From contig CM035351.1 in NCBI GenBank assembly GCA_020137815.1, positions 1,116,001-1,180,000 on the forward strand: DNA of 64,000 nt. The letters are read 5' to 3'. The position numbers and the translations under genes are program-made. The notes beneath the pieces are model-generated. The model did not search any database and had not been told where the DNA came from. It was given only the letters and a program-made list of their open reading frames with translations. Shown here one piece after another: positions 1 through 33,618 of this stretch (positions within the stretch are counted from its first letter, which is position 1; each line of letters begins with the position of its first letter). This DNA is from Hormiphora californensis. Lineage: Eukaryota > Animalia > Ctenophora.

Positions 1-429
1 CGATTATAAGAACGGGTATCTAAAACGACTAGTAAACAGCGTCAGCACTCGCTGCACGACAAGTGTGTTTCCCGCGTACGCGGAGCGTAGAAGTGTTGAT
101 TATTTCTAGAACAAGACCCTCCTCACCGTCGCGGGGCGCGGGGAGGGAGGGTCGAACAAGGCAACTAAAAGCATAGGTACATATAATTTTATATGTATGT
201 AAGTGTAAGAGCGGGTAGGGTCGTATATATTTTTAATCTATATTGACTCTGTTATAAATGTTGTAATTGATATTGATATTGATTTGGTTGGCAAACACTG
301 CTGTCCCCCAGGAGCGCGGGATAAGACAGCGCTTTTCAAACTTTTGATTTTTGAACATCGAAAACTTTTGATTTTTGAACATCTAATCGAAAAATTGCCG
401 AGTTCTGCCGAGCGTCGCAAAGGGGGGGG

Positions 430-936
430 GGGGCGCCGTTACGATCTGGGTGTTTGGTGGCCTGTTTACAGGTGCACGCTGCCAAAAAAGTTGATTCACT
501 AAAACGGCTCTAACCGCCAAACCACTCAACCGTTTTGGCTAGTTCAAAGTTTATCTGGTAGGGAATGTCAAGGCCTAACCCCAACCCAAACCCCAACCCT
601 AACCCTAACCCTACCTTAGCCCTAACCCTAAAAAACCGTTTGTCAGCACTCACGAAACACCCAGATTTTAACGCTGGCCAAGGGGGGCGGGCGCCGTTAC
701 GATCTGGGTGTTTGGTGGCCTGTTTACAGGTGCGCGCTGCCAAAAAAGTTGATTCACTAAAACGGCTCTAACCGCCGAACCACTCAACCGTTTTGGCTAA
801 TTCAAAGTTTATCTGGTAGGGAATGTCAGCGGCCTAACCCCAACCCAAACCAACCCTAACCCTAACCCTACTTTAGCCCTAACCCTAAAAAACCGTTTGT
901 CAGCACTCACGAAACACCCAGATTTTAACGCTGGCC
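430..936. mobile_element. Two head-to-tail copies of a ~255-bp MITE-like unit with internal telomere-like (CCCTAA)n
   Basis: Units ~430-679 and ~685-936 are nearly identical. Each starts ggcgccgttacgatctgggtgttt and ends aaacacccagattttaacgctggcc (imperfect inverted termini), and contains cctaaccccaaccc...ccctaaccctaaccct. Confidence 0.6.
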
Positions 937-1174
937 GCGTATGCCAACCAAGACTCACCACAGCATGATAGGACATGATCCGTTTCAGGAGTGATATTAA
1001 GGATTCTCTTGTACTGGACGTTTCACAATTCACAGTATCACAGTATCACGTTTGAAGATCTTGCGTGATATCGGTGTGTCTTCAACTACGGGTTTATGTC
1101 GTTTAATGCTATGCTGACGGTCTGATAGGTTGCTTGTAAGTTGTACTCTGTAGGTCTTAGAGAATTTATTGACA

Positions 1175-1298
1175 TGTTCCTTGTCTGTCAGCTCTCACAC
1201 CGGGCCGAAGGCCCGGTGCGAGCTTACGCGAGCCCGAAGGGCGAGCGTAAGCGCTCAAGTGCGCTCAAGTGCCGATAGACAGACTGCGTAGCATGGCA
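1175..1298. repeat. Branched hairpin dispersed repeat
   Basis: Outer stem gtctgtcagc/gccgatagac encloses hairpins caccgggcc-gaa-ggcccggtg and cttacgc..gcccgaagggc..gcgtaag. Its ends recur joined together at ~8122-8160. Confidence 0.55.
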
Positions 1299-2774
1299 AA
1301 GAATTTAGTGTGTTGGTTTACAGTAAGCCTGAAGTGAATATACTTAATTCTTAGCTTAATTCTTATACTGCATGATCGGGTTTGAAATATACCAGTTATT
1401 CATACCGACCAATACATTTATGTTCATTTGAATTTGCTTAAAATAAATGCCAATACATAATGAAATCTAAATATGATTTCTCAATTTGTTGAGGATCACG
1501 TGGTAAAATAGCAACACCTAATTCGGTCGTCCGTAGGACATCAACGAATCTCAGTAGGAAAGTTCTGCGTTCAGGCTCCAACCGCAGACGATTTATGCTT
1601 GCTGCCGACTCTGAAACATCGCTTAAGGATCATCTTGCAACATGCACAAGGATGCAATGTATCAAACGCACTTTATTTAAACGGACACGGGACTCTTAGT
1701 TTTACAATCACACTTGTACGGGCAACAGTAAGCTGTGTTGTTCTATACTAGTCTATAGAGTTCAGTGTTCAGTGTTGTTCTAGTCTCTAGTGCTGGTGGA
1801 ATTTGTCCGCCCCTCCCGGCCCTGGAGAGACAGTGAGGGAGAGAGGGAGGGGAGCTGTGCATTTACTATTCTGGAATAATATATCATCACGTTTGCATCA
1901 TTGCAATTCACAGCTCCCCCTTGCTCCCTATCTCTCCCCATCTCTCTCCTATCTCTCTCCCCCTATCTCTCTGTGAATGATCTGCAATATTATCCGGTGA
2001 CATATGAGAGAGAGTTTGGTGATGCGGGTGTGTGTGTAGCCTGGAGCATGGGCCAATTTGAATTTGATTGCTCCCTAATTAGGCGACGTATCCTGTCTAG
2101 AATTTTATTAGGTGACTTGAGAGGTTGCTCTTCCTCAACGGCCCCTTTGCTTTATTTTCTCTCTCACTGTAGAATTAATATGAATCTCCCTCCCTCGCTC
2201 TCTCTTTCTCCCTCTTTCTTTTGTTTTTCTGACTGTTGACTTTTTTCAAATGTCAAAAATATATTTTAGATCATCTTCTTCGAGTGTCGCCCCTGATTAG
2301 ATTGCCGGTTGCTTTAAAGAATCTTGTAATATTCTTGCAGCGTCTTAATATTATCACCTTTATGTAATCTGCATGGGTCTTGAACTACATAAATCTGCAA
2401 GTTTAAATTCGGAAAGTCTAGACACGAGATGGGGTATAAAGTTTCACTTTCCCTCACTTTCTCTCAAACTCTCTCCGAGCAGGTCCACCGGGTGGCATGG
2501 ATCAATCAGCTAAATTCAACTATCATCATCTTGGAAAGATAGATAGAGAGAGAGAGAGTGAAAGAGAGAGTGAGAGAAAGATAGTGAGAGAGAGAGAGAA
2601 ATTTTCTTGATATTTTGGTTTGTGTAGTTGCCCATCCTTCTCGACATGCCCAGGCCTCATAATTATTAGAGGGCCACAATCCTTCTAGCTTTTTTTAATT
2701 TAAAATTCCTGGCTTTTATTTATTTTTTATGATCTTTCTGAAATAATTCATTCTTCAGATAGGAATATGATAAA

Positions 2775-16579
<13,805 letters not shown>

Positions 16580-17169
16580 AGGATTGGGACCATAATTGGG
16601 ACCGTGGACACACATGTTGATATAGGACACAATATAGATGGATCAGACGGCGCTACCTCGCTACTACTAGATTTAGACCGTGAAATGGGTTGTTGGGGCC
16701 AGTTATTTTTACCTGTACTATACTAATTTGTATATTTTTACGGAGCCTATTCTACCACTAAAACACTAGAGGAGAGAGACGTACACTAATTTATATTTAC
16801 AGACATCTACTCGATCACTTTGAGCATCTTCAAGTTTTTAGATGATTCTGAAACACCTGTTGAGTGACTGTCATAATTTGGAAATTATAAATACAGAGAC
16901 GTAAACACTATTTACCAAGAGGATGATGTTCTTCTAGAGTTTATACCCCAGTTTTTATCTCACAACCACTGCAAACACTGTTTGCCAAACAGCTTTATTT
17001 TTCTAGATTTTATAGCTTTTTTAACCGTATTTTACACTTTTACATTCCTGAAGCTCCAGATATGATGCACATATATGTACACTGTATAATACAGAACCTA
17101 AATGTTAAATTCTGTTAAATACTAGCCAGGCATCTGCATCTGCTGCTATCTTGTTGAGTAAGGGCTAGG

Positions 17170-18080
17170 ATGCACCCTGTATGGCGGCGCCATACCCCAT
17201 TTGATTATCAGTGCGCTCAGATGGGTCGCGGCGCCAGACAGGGTGCACCCGGGTGGCACTATTCACCCAAAATCAACCCTTCTCCATCCCATACTCAACA
17301 ACTGCTGTCCATGCCCAATATTATGAACCGTACGCGTATGGCGTACAATGCTAAAAAGCATGCTACTACTATCATAGGTCATTAGCTGCTAGAGTTTGAG
17401 AGTGAACAGTGAAACCTATACACTGTTGTAATATTGAGAGCCTGGTAAGCATATATAATGGAATTGCACTATTTCATATTCTGAGAATTCTTCCCCCATG
17501 ATTAACCGTTTGTGTTTCGTACTTCTATCTTGAAACAGATGGGGCAGCTAGTGGCATTGACAAGCCAATGAAGCAACTTTCAGTGCGATGCCACATCGCC
17601 CCGCTCAAAGAGTGGGAGAATGGCTCAGCATGATCCCTGACTCAACTATCATGATCTCCTTTATGTTCGATGTTATGCTGTCAGGCCAATGCTCTGACCA
17701 CAGTTCTCGCGCACTCCGAGAATGGGTCAGGTGGTTCAGATGGGTCAGATGGGGTCGGCAGCGCCAAGCAAACGGTGTATGTTCGAACCTTCGCCCCTCT
17801 GGCAAGTGGCATGGTAGTGGCTGTTTGCCGGTAGTGACTGTCTGGTGCGCATAGCATTGTCAGGATCCCCATTTTGAGAATGAAAACCTTTCTGACGACG
17901 CCAGACCCTGATTTGATCCTCAAAGACAGTGCGCTCAGATGCTGTCAGAGCATTGGCCTGACCAAATTCTCATTTTTTTAATGAGAGAACCGCGGTCAGA
18001 GCATTGTCCTGACAGCTCAGATGGGGTCTGTGGCGCCAGGAAGATCAAAACGGGGTATGGCAGCGTCAGACAGGGTAGTG
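17170..18080. repeat. Degenerate inverted/tandem repeat cluster (tcagatggg.., gtcagagcattggcc motifs), probable MITE remnants
   Basis: Hairpin gcaccctgt..ggcgcc/ggcgcc..acagggtgc at ~17172-17247. The motif recurs at ~17680-17760 and ~17935-18075, with a reverse-complement copy at ~63574-63605. Confidence 0.45.
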
Positions 18081-18504
18081 GTAACAAATTAAAACGCGAT
18101 AAAATTTGGGGTTTTTGGTAAGAAAACTAAACATTTTTTACAGTCGATTAAAGTTAACATCAATTATATTTCATTCATTGTCCATACGTCAGACCTCTGA
18201 TACTCACACTGACACACCAACACTCTAGGGAAACCAGGGGTAGAATCATTTAAATCCATGTCAAACCGTGTCACCCACACTAACACACATAGACAGACAC
18301 ACTCACTCACACAGTTCACACGAACTCGTAAAACAACATCGAATGAAAATTTGTATCAAACCAGCTCCTATTGAGTACTAGTGTTCCCACGAGTTCTCTC
18401 ATACTCATTAACACAAAAGTCAATAACGCAGCGTGGTGCAAAGCAAGGCACGGCCTGTGTCCCCTCAGCTAACTATAACAAAACACGTTGCATTTTCATA
18501 TCAG

Positions 18505-19318
18505 CTAGCTCTTGTTAGATGAAGTAAATGATGTCTGAATTTCTGTAGGTGTTGTTCTGATCGATATGGGCTCGAAAGTCTTTGTCAGCATTTTAATGAT
18601 CACGCTTGAGGTGAATTCTGGTGAGAGATATCCCGCTGGAGAATCCTTCGATATTCGAGATAGTAACACGGATATTTTATCCTCCAAACACCCAGTTAAA
18701 TCGACCTGTAGAAAATGGAAGGAGGAATTAGCGTACATACACTACAATTATAATTGCAAGGATAATTAACACTGTCGCGGTCGACGCTCTCCGTCGAATC
18801 ATGCATGTCTGATGTTGTGGCAAAATTGAGTAGCGTGGGGAAAAAAGGCTTGATTGCGCGCTAAAACGCGCGGATTTGCCCTCCCGCATATCCCCGCCGC
18901 TTACATCTGAGTAGACATTTCCATTGGACATTAGCTGAACTAACAACACTCCAAACGACCATGAATCAGTCTTCTTGGTCAGGGGGCCACTTTCACCCTT
19001 TGATTGTAGATCCTCGAGAACCTGAAGAAGGAAATCTTAATTTAACACAATCGAGAAATGGAAATTGAAGCAGTTTCACTTTCGGTCCTGCATAGTGCAT
19101 TTAGAAATGTCAATATATCTAATGATAAATACCGAAAACTAAAAGAGTGTTAAATATCACCTCAGGTGGGTAAATAGTCGGATCAAAGATGTCGTCCATC
19201 GTCACCTTAGAGCTAAGACCCCAACCACTTAGCACTGCTATATCTCGATTTCGCAACCAAACTGAAATATTTCAAACTATTGTTTCTCGCATAGTAGAAG
19301 TAGAACGTGCCTCTCTGA

Positions 19319-19411
<93 letters not shown>

Positions 19412-19809
19412 AAAAAAAGAGAATCGAATTGTAAGAGAGAAAACATTTGAACATATTTAGAGAAGGGGAAAGTGGGGTTCTCGGTACATACCATTTTTCC
19501 ATGACAAATTGCCGTGGACGATGCCCTGCTCATGAAGGAACTTGAGACCTTTTAGAACGTAGCTAGTGTACTTCTGTAGGGAAGAAAAGGAGTTTAGCCG
19601 GTGTACTTCTCTAGGAAAGAAAAGGAGTTAATAGTATGGCAACCAAACCAACAGGGAAATTGGGGTTGTGACTTTGCAAAATAAGGGGTGTCGACTGTTG
19701 ATTCAGACAATTTCTCTCTCATTCCCACTACTTATCTTTATGAAACATCTTTATTACGACGGGTTCCCATGTTTTAACATTTCATAACATTCAGGTCTCC
19801 ACCCCTCTC

Positions 19810-19867
<58 letters not shown>

Positions 19868-20752
19868 CTCTCTCTCCCTCTCCCCTTCCTTTTCTCTCTC
19901 CCTTTCTCTCTCCCTTTCCCAGGTTCCCTCTCCAGTCTCTATTTTCACTGTTCGGGGTCTCTCAGTGAATATATATGTGAGTGAAGCCGCATGACACATT
20001 ATCCCTTTTCTCTCTCTCTTTCTCGTGACGTTATCCTTTCATTTTCTCTCCCTCTTGGGGCTACATGACTAACCCCTCGGCTCGCATTATTGCACTGGTA
20101 AATGCTAGGTAGAAAGATTTGTGGTGAAATCTATGGTGCAATAATCAATATAATGGAATCAATAAGTTGACCATAATGGAACCAATGAAACTTTGTAATA
20201 ACGTGTCGGGAAAGAGATGAGCAATATAAAAATTAGAAACTTAAACCAAGATCTCGAAAAATTCGTATCATACTCGTACCCAAGTTTGGTCCTTCTTTTG
20301 GCGGCTCCCAAATGAGTGAAGGGTACCGAGGGAGTGGGTTGGATGGACTAGATCAATTATTCCAGGGGAGATACAATAACCAGTGAACTCCATTAAATAT
20401 CTGCAGAAAGAAGTTGTTTTACTTTTCACTTTTGTTCTACACGAAAATAAAAGCAGAATCAGATTAAATTATGTTCTATACTGTTCTGTATACGAAAACA
20501 AAAGCAGAATTATATTATGTTTTGATTTGATTAAGGGCTGGTACTAAATTTTGAATATTATAATTTCCTCCGAATTTACTTGTGTCTTATCTTGAGGAGC
20601 GACTGGACCTCTTTCTCAGTGAGGGAAGACTTATGCCGCGTGATTGTAGCTTCCAAAAATGGCATCGCAATTTCGGGTTTTCTGGTTACCATTGTAGTGT
20701 TACCTTCTGATTTAAATAGTTGGTTAGAGAGAGAGAGAGAGAGGGAGAGAGA

Positions 20753-20836
<84 letters not shown>

Positions 20837-20953
20837 AGGAGTCGATAAAGCGAGAGACGACGAGACTAGAGATCTCCGACTCCAGACTCTCGCGCTCCTC
20901 TCTGCTCTAGCTATCGGCTCGCTCGCGCTCTCGCATCTCTCTTCTGCTAGTCT

Positions 20954-20985
<32 letters not shown>

Positions 20986-23021
20986 TCTCTCCTCTCTCTC
21001 TCCTTCTCTCTCTTCTCTCCCTCTCTCTCCCTCTCTCTCTAGACTACCTACTCCCTCTATCTCCCTCCCTCTCTCTCAATGCTCTCTCTCTCTCTCTACT
21101 CTTCTCACTTTAGCTACCTCCTATCATCTCTCCTTCGTTTCTTTTGCAACCCTCCCGATGCGACCATCTCTATCGCTTCCTCGCGCCGCGATAGGCTGTT
21201 GAGAAGGGGCCTTGAAGGTAAAGATCTCTAAAATAATACGTAATGATATTTAGTATTTACGCTTTTAGTTCAACTTGACAAGCAAGAGTATTAAAGGGAT
21301 ACTGACATGTTCAAATCGACCATCTCAAATTTTAATAAAACATTGCTCAATGACATCATCTGAGAGAATAAATACATTGTGTCGAAGTCCGAGCTCTCTA
21401 CTCCCTCTACTTCTCAAGATATGGGGTCCCAAATATTAACACCCACTAATTGGTTTGGGTAAGAGGAGGAGACCAGCATTACAGATTACAGGTAAACACG
21501 AGCCTGTTTATATGTCATTATCTCAGCTAATACACATGCGATTTTGACCGGGTTTTTTCTAAAAACTTTAAGACCACTTCTAGTTTCCGTTTTTGGTTTC
21601 CATTTGTCTCTAGACTTGTCATGAATAGATAGAACTATATCTAAGCAAGACGGCGATTTTTTTGAAATGTATGCCTTCTTAGAACAATATTATCATGGTA
21701 TTCAGTAACTAATGGCAATAAAATTTGGCTGTACTTCCTCAATTTTACACCAAGATGTTAATATTTATCCCACAGTCAATAACATAGTCAATAGTTATTA
21801 ACTATTCAGCACTGAAATGAATACTGTATCCTAGGAGAGTATAAACTGAAAAATTTAGGGAACTAATAGGTATAAAAGGCAAAACCACTATACCCGACTA
21901 ATTTTGATACGTTGAATCACATAAGCAACTTTGGCAAGCGCTCAGGGGTGGCGAAAGTGCCCTAATTGAGCATAATCGGGTCTAAGTGATCGTAACTGTA
22001 ACTTGCATGAAAATGCTATCAGTTCATGTGAGAGCACTATCCCCACTAATTTTGATACGCTGAATCACGTAAGCGGCTTTTCCAAGCCGTCAGAGGTGAA
22101 GAAAGTGTCCTAATTGAGCATTATTCAGTCTAATTGGCAATAATTGCATTTTTCAAATGGAAATGCTAAAAGATCGTGTGAGGCCACTTTACACACTAAT
22201 TTTGATACGTTGAATCACTTGAGCAACTTTTACAAGTCCTCAGAGGTCGGCAAAGTGCTCTAATTGATCATAATTGGGTCTAATTGACAATTCACTCCAG
22301 TTCACCTCAAACTGCAAAGTTTACTTGTTTATTTACTGATTCATTTATGATTCTGATACATCATATGAAAATACTAAAAATTTTAATCATTTCTGACTTT
22401 CAGAAAAAAATCCGATCAAAATCGTGCATGTGAAAGTTGAGATATTGATAGATAAACATACTCATGTTTACATGTAATTTGCAATACGGCTCTCCCTCTA
22501 TACCCAAACCAATTAAGAAGTGATAAAAGGTGGGGCCCTGTATCTTGAGAACGAGAGGGAGTAGAGAGTTCGCACTTCGACTCATCGTATTTTTATCTCC
22601 CAACCAGTTACCACACCCAGGATCGTTGAAAAAGTCAAAATTTTTTGAACATGTCAGTATCCCTTTAAGATACTACAAGGGGATTACGTAAGTGAAGACA
22701 GTGTCATTTGTTACCTTTCATTGCTATACGGAGAGATCTAACTTTAGGTAGAGGACCCTTTACAGTTGAGAACCCTTCCTCTAAAGGCCCCTCTCCTGAG
22801 CCCTTTACTAGGGTCCAGAGCGCATTAGAGAGACTCGGATCCGGCACCTAGAAGGGGAGCAATCATTAAAGTATTAATTCATGTAGTTCTCTTTTCATAC
22901 AGCTTGCTGTATAGATAAACCAGGGGTGGATCTTAGTTACGAAGTTAGCCCTCCCTTGCCGGCGCAAAGTGCAACCCAGAAAGGGGTTATTTTGTAACCC
23001 CAACCCGGAATTATTCACCAT
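18505..23021 (-). CDS. Additional tyrosine-kinase-like pseudokinase domain (C-terminal extension of the JAK-like gene, or a separate downstream gene)
   Basis: Exons read: VPDPS..(22715-22847), GPFSTAYRG (~21180-21226), EKEVQSLLKIRHK (~20580-20705), YLMEFTGYC (~20280-20400), LKGLKFLHEQGIVHGNLSWKN (~19492-19565), VWLRNRDIAVLSGWGL..IYPPE (~19161-19261), TKKTDSWSFGVLLVQLMSNG (~18905-19021), last exon 18505-18705. No VAIK Lys, HRD or DFG. Confidence 0.7.
21295..22664. mobile_element. Kolobok/T2-type non-autonomous DNA transposon with internal ~150-bp tandem repeats
   Basis: TTAA|AGGGATACTGACATGTTCAAA ... TTTGAACATGTCAGTATCCCT|TTAA. Three internal copies of actaattttgatacgttgaatcac at ~21897, ~22045 and ~22195. 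Confidence 0.85.
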
Positions 23022-23120
23022 GAGATGTTTATGTTCATTCTCTGAGCTCTTCAAAGAGCACGATGGTTCACTTCCTGTGTATAGATGATGTAACACAGAA
23101 TGAAAGCTCAGCACCGCGTC

Positions 23121-30349
<7,229 letters not shown>

Positions 30350-30510
30350 CTGATAGGGAGGGATAGGGGGCGTTAGGAGAGGGATAATAAGGAGGGAGGG
30401 ATAGGGGCGTTAAAGGAGGGATAATAAGGAGGGAGGGATAAGGGGCGTTGGTGGAGGGATAAGGGGCGTTAGCAATATGCTCTAGAAGAATGTATACGGT
30501 GGCAGATTAC

Positions 30511-30734
30511 CACGCATGTAGGGGAAGGGGGGGCAGGGTACGCCATGGCCCCAGTACTTTTCATGATTAGACTAAAACTATGACTTTTTGGCCTTAAAAC
30601 CGAAAAATTTTCTCGGGCTCCGCTGTCGCTTCGCCCGATCTATTCAAATTTTCAATAGAAAAGTCAGTGTATGTCATATCACGTGACCAAAAAAAATTGG
30701 CCCCACCACTTTCAAAACTTCCCCTACATGCCTG
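30511..30734. mobile_element. hAT-like MITE
   Basis: TIR ca(c/g)gcatgtaggggaag; 8-bp TSD cagattac on both sides. Confidence 0.85.
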
Positions 30735-30909
30735 CAGATTACTTGTCGTTGTTCCCGGGTTCCGAGAAACTCATTTTAACAGGTTCTACAATTTTTTTCT
30801 CAGAAAAAGAGGGAGGTCAGTAAAGAATACCAACAATAGACTTCACAACCTTTTTAACGGTCTCATCGAGTTAATCTGCCACCGGAGACAATAAGAAATA
30901 CATATTCCC

Positions 30910-31486
30910 TTGGTTACGAAGTCACCCCTATTATTGCATATAGGGGTGACAATACCGCCTACCTAAAAATGAAAATTTACGGGACCTTCTCATAAAAAGT
31001 TATCGAAAACTTGTCTAAAACCTATCTAAAACGTATGGTACTAGTTTGTATAGTAACCAGGACCTGAATTCTACAGAAAGTAACGACCGGTAGCGATTAC
31101 ACCACATGTTTAACAACAGAGGTGTGTCGCATAACTCCTTATATGGGCATAAAATTCCAATCTTGTGGAATTTTTTCTGACTCGACTATAGCTTAGTTAT
31201 CAATGAATCCACCTCTAATACCTTTGGAATGGCATTTTGCACATTTCTGAAGGTTTTTGTAGCCAAATTCCAGCATCTTCATAGTTTTCCAAAAACAAAA
31301 ACAGTGTTAATGGCCAAAATATCGAAAAATTCCGGTATGTAATGGTAGCTCAGACAATTTCCTCGGTATGTTCAAAAAATTAGAACTTTCTGTTTTGTAG
31401 TTTGGACACAGGAATTTTTTTCCCGCCGTACAAGCGATATTATTACCCCTCCGTGAGCTAGCGCAGAGGGGGAATTTCATTACCAA
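30910..31486. mobile_element. Mutator-like MITE
   Basis: 9-bp TSD catattccc; imperfect TIR ttggttacgaagtcacccc / gggggaatttcattaccaa. Confidence 0.7.
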
Positions 31487-31589
31487 CATATTCCCAGAGT
31501 ATACATTGGGTATGGGGATTGGCCCAGACCACAGAAGTTAGAATTGGCCCAGACCCCAGAACACACAAAAACAGTCTCTATCTGCACAC

Positions 31590-33457
31590 CTGTCTAAGTG
31601 AACATCAAACTCTTTCTTTGGCCTCTTTAGAAAGTATCCCGGTATCCATCTTAGCTCACAAGGATCCATCATAGACCCTCCCATCTCCTTTAAGATCAGC
31701 TTCTTCACCAGTCCCAGATCCTTCAATTTGATCTTGTGGTCAGTAGGTGAGATGAGGATGTGATGGGGAGCGGGACAGGTGTGCTCAACAGGGGGCGTGA
31801 GACCGTGCAGAGACTTCAAGGCCGTGGCCAACTGATCAATAATATCCAGCCTCGTCTTCATTGGACAGTCAGGGTAATCCAGAAGGAAGGAGTGAAGTGT
31901 CCTGTAACTGGGCAAATGCTCCAACATTATGATAGTATTAACAAGACACCCAGGTTTACATATCCCAATCATCTTCACGACATTTTCATAGTTCAGCCGC
32001 CGGTTCACAGAGTACATCTCACACACATCCTTCCTTTTTAGTGCCGCCCCGTGGTACACCAGAGCGGAACCCTGGAAAGCCCCGCCGCTCAGGTACCTCC
32101 GAGAGATGGGGTGTAGTGTGTAAACACCAGTGTGCTGCAGGGCAGGCCGGTGGAGGGTTAGAAACATGGGCGGGTAATGTTCCATTATCTCATTGCACGC
32201 TAACAAGTCAACTAGGAGTGAGTCTGAGATTCGTTTAGTGAGCTGAACCCGCTCTCCGCCCTCGATTTTAGGGAGTCAAAGCCGCCACAAGGTCACCAAG
32301 ATCATTAAATTTAGTGGTATTCTTGTCAATGTGGTACAAGCCCTCAGTAAACTTGATCGCCTTAGGCTGGATAGTGTCACTGATAGCGTACAGTAACCCA
32401 TAGGCAGCAGTAGTAGGCCGTTTCACCACCGTGTAGACCCCTTTCTTTCAGGGACCTTGATTAGTGCTGACTTCACCTCTTCCACCTCCATAAAGAATGA
32501 AACTAGGGGTGAGGGGGAAACGAGGTTGAACTGTTCCTTGGGGTTGAAATGAAGTGATTCTTCGTCCGATTTGAAACCCTCCCCAAAACTGGATACCATC
32601 ATTTTATAAGGGTACAGGTTAGAGTAATGACAGTCCATGAGCGCCACAAAAGACTCCGCATGGTTAGCCGATTTGAATGCTGCTGTTATGGTTTCCGTGG
32701 AAGCGGTTGTTATGACAACGGAACTCTTGGTTGTTATAGCAACATGCCGAATTTGAGGATAAAACAGTTCACGGTGGACCTTCTTATCCTCAACAACAGA
32801 TATACAAGTTGTACTGACCTCAATCTGTAACTTTGTCTGTTTCACCTTAGGGAGGGAGATACGGGCCGAGTAGGAGCGTCGTACCGTATCAAGGAGAGGC
32901 AGTACCGACTGGGTATAAAGACCGGCTATTTCAAGGTAACACTCGATAATGGAGTCCCGTGGTGTTAGTGTGTAAGAGGTAACGGTGGATTTGAGTGAGG
33001 CTCTGCTCTCGTGGAGACCAAAGTAGAGTTGGTATGCTGAGTTGATAGTTGGACAGGTGAAGAGATGCTGATGAAGAGCAATATCAAGAGCGATAATACT
33101 CTGAACTAAGGTGGTAGGAAGAGAGCTGATATTCTCCAAAACATCATGTAGAGCCTGATGATAAAGGTAGATACTGAGGGCAGGATCCTTCCTGCACTTC
33201 CCCACGACATCACTATCAAGATTCACAGCCCTGAAAAATATCGGTGCCGGTGCTTTGATGACAATATCCAACTTCCTTCTCTGAGACAGTAGGACCAGGT
33301 TCTTTTGGACCAGCCGGAAACAGTGGAATGACTCGGCTTGCAGGCCAATGTGTTTGCTGCATGCCTTGGTGAGTGTGTAGAGAGAGGCACCGTCAGTTAT
33401 CTTCAGTTTATCTTCCGAGTACAGGCGAATTGAGCGTGTGTTTTGGAGAGATCCCAT
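31590..33457 (-). CDS. JAK: JAK-like variable exon B: FERM, SH2-like and pseudokinase up to subdomain IX
   Basis: ORFs 32423..33457 and 31538..32206 are bridged by an SH2-like frame (GVYTVVKR..YGLLY..FNDLGDLV) across homopolymer slips at ~32440 and ~32270. Motifs HTCPAPHHILI, KLKDLG, CELRWIP. Ends GAC AG|gtgtgc. Confidence 0.8.
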
Positions 33458-33618
33458 TATAGCTGCTGGATCTGTTTGTCATAGGGGGGACCTAGAGAGT
33501 GGTGATACAACTGCTGTTATAACTGTTGTCGCTGTTGGATCTGTTTGTCATAGGGGAGTAGTGATACAAATTACAACACACAAACAAACACATTAAATAA
33601 ACACAATATACCACACAC

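Noticed and set aside
560-890. True telomere
   Set aside because: The repeats are short, degenerate and embedded in a duplicated unit with unique flanks.
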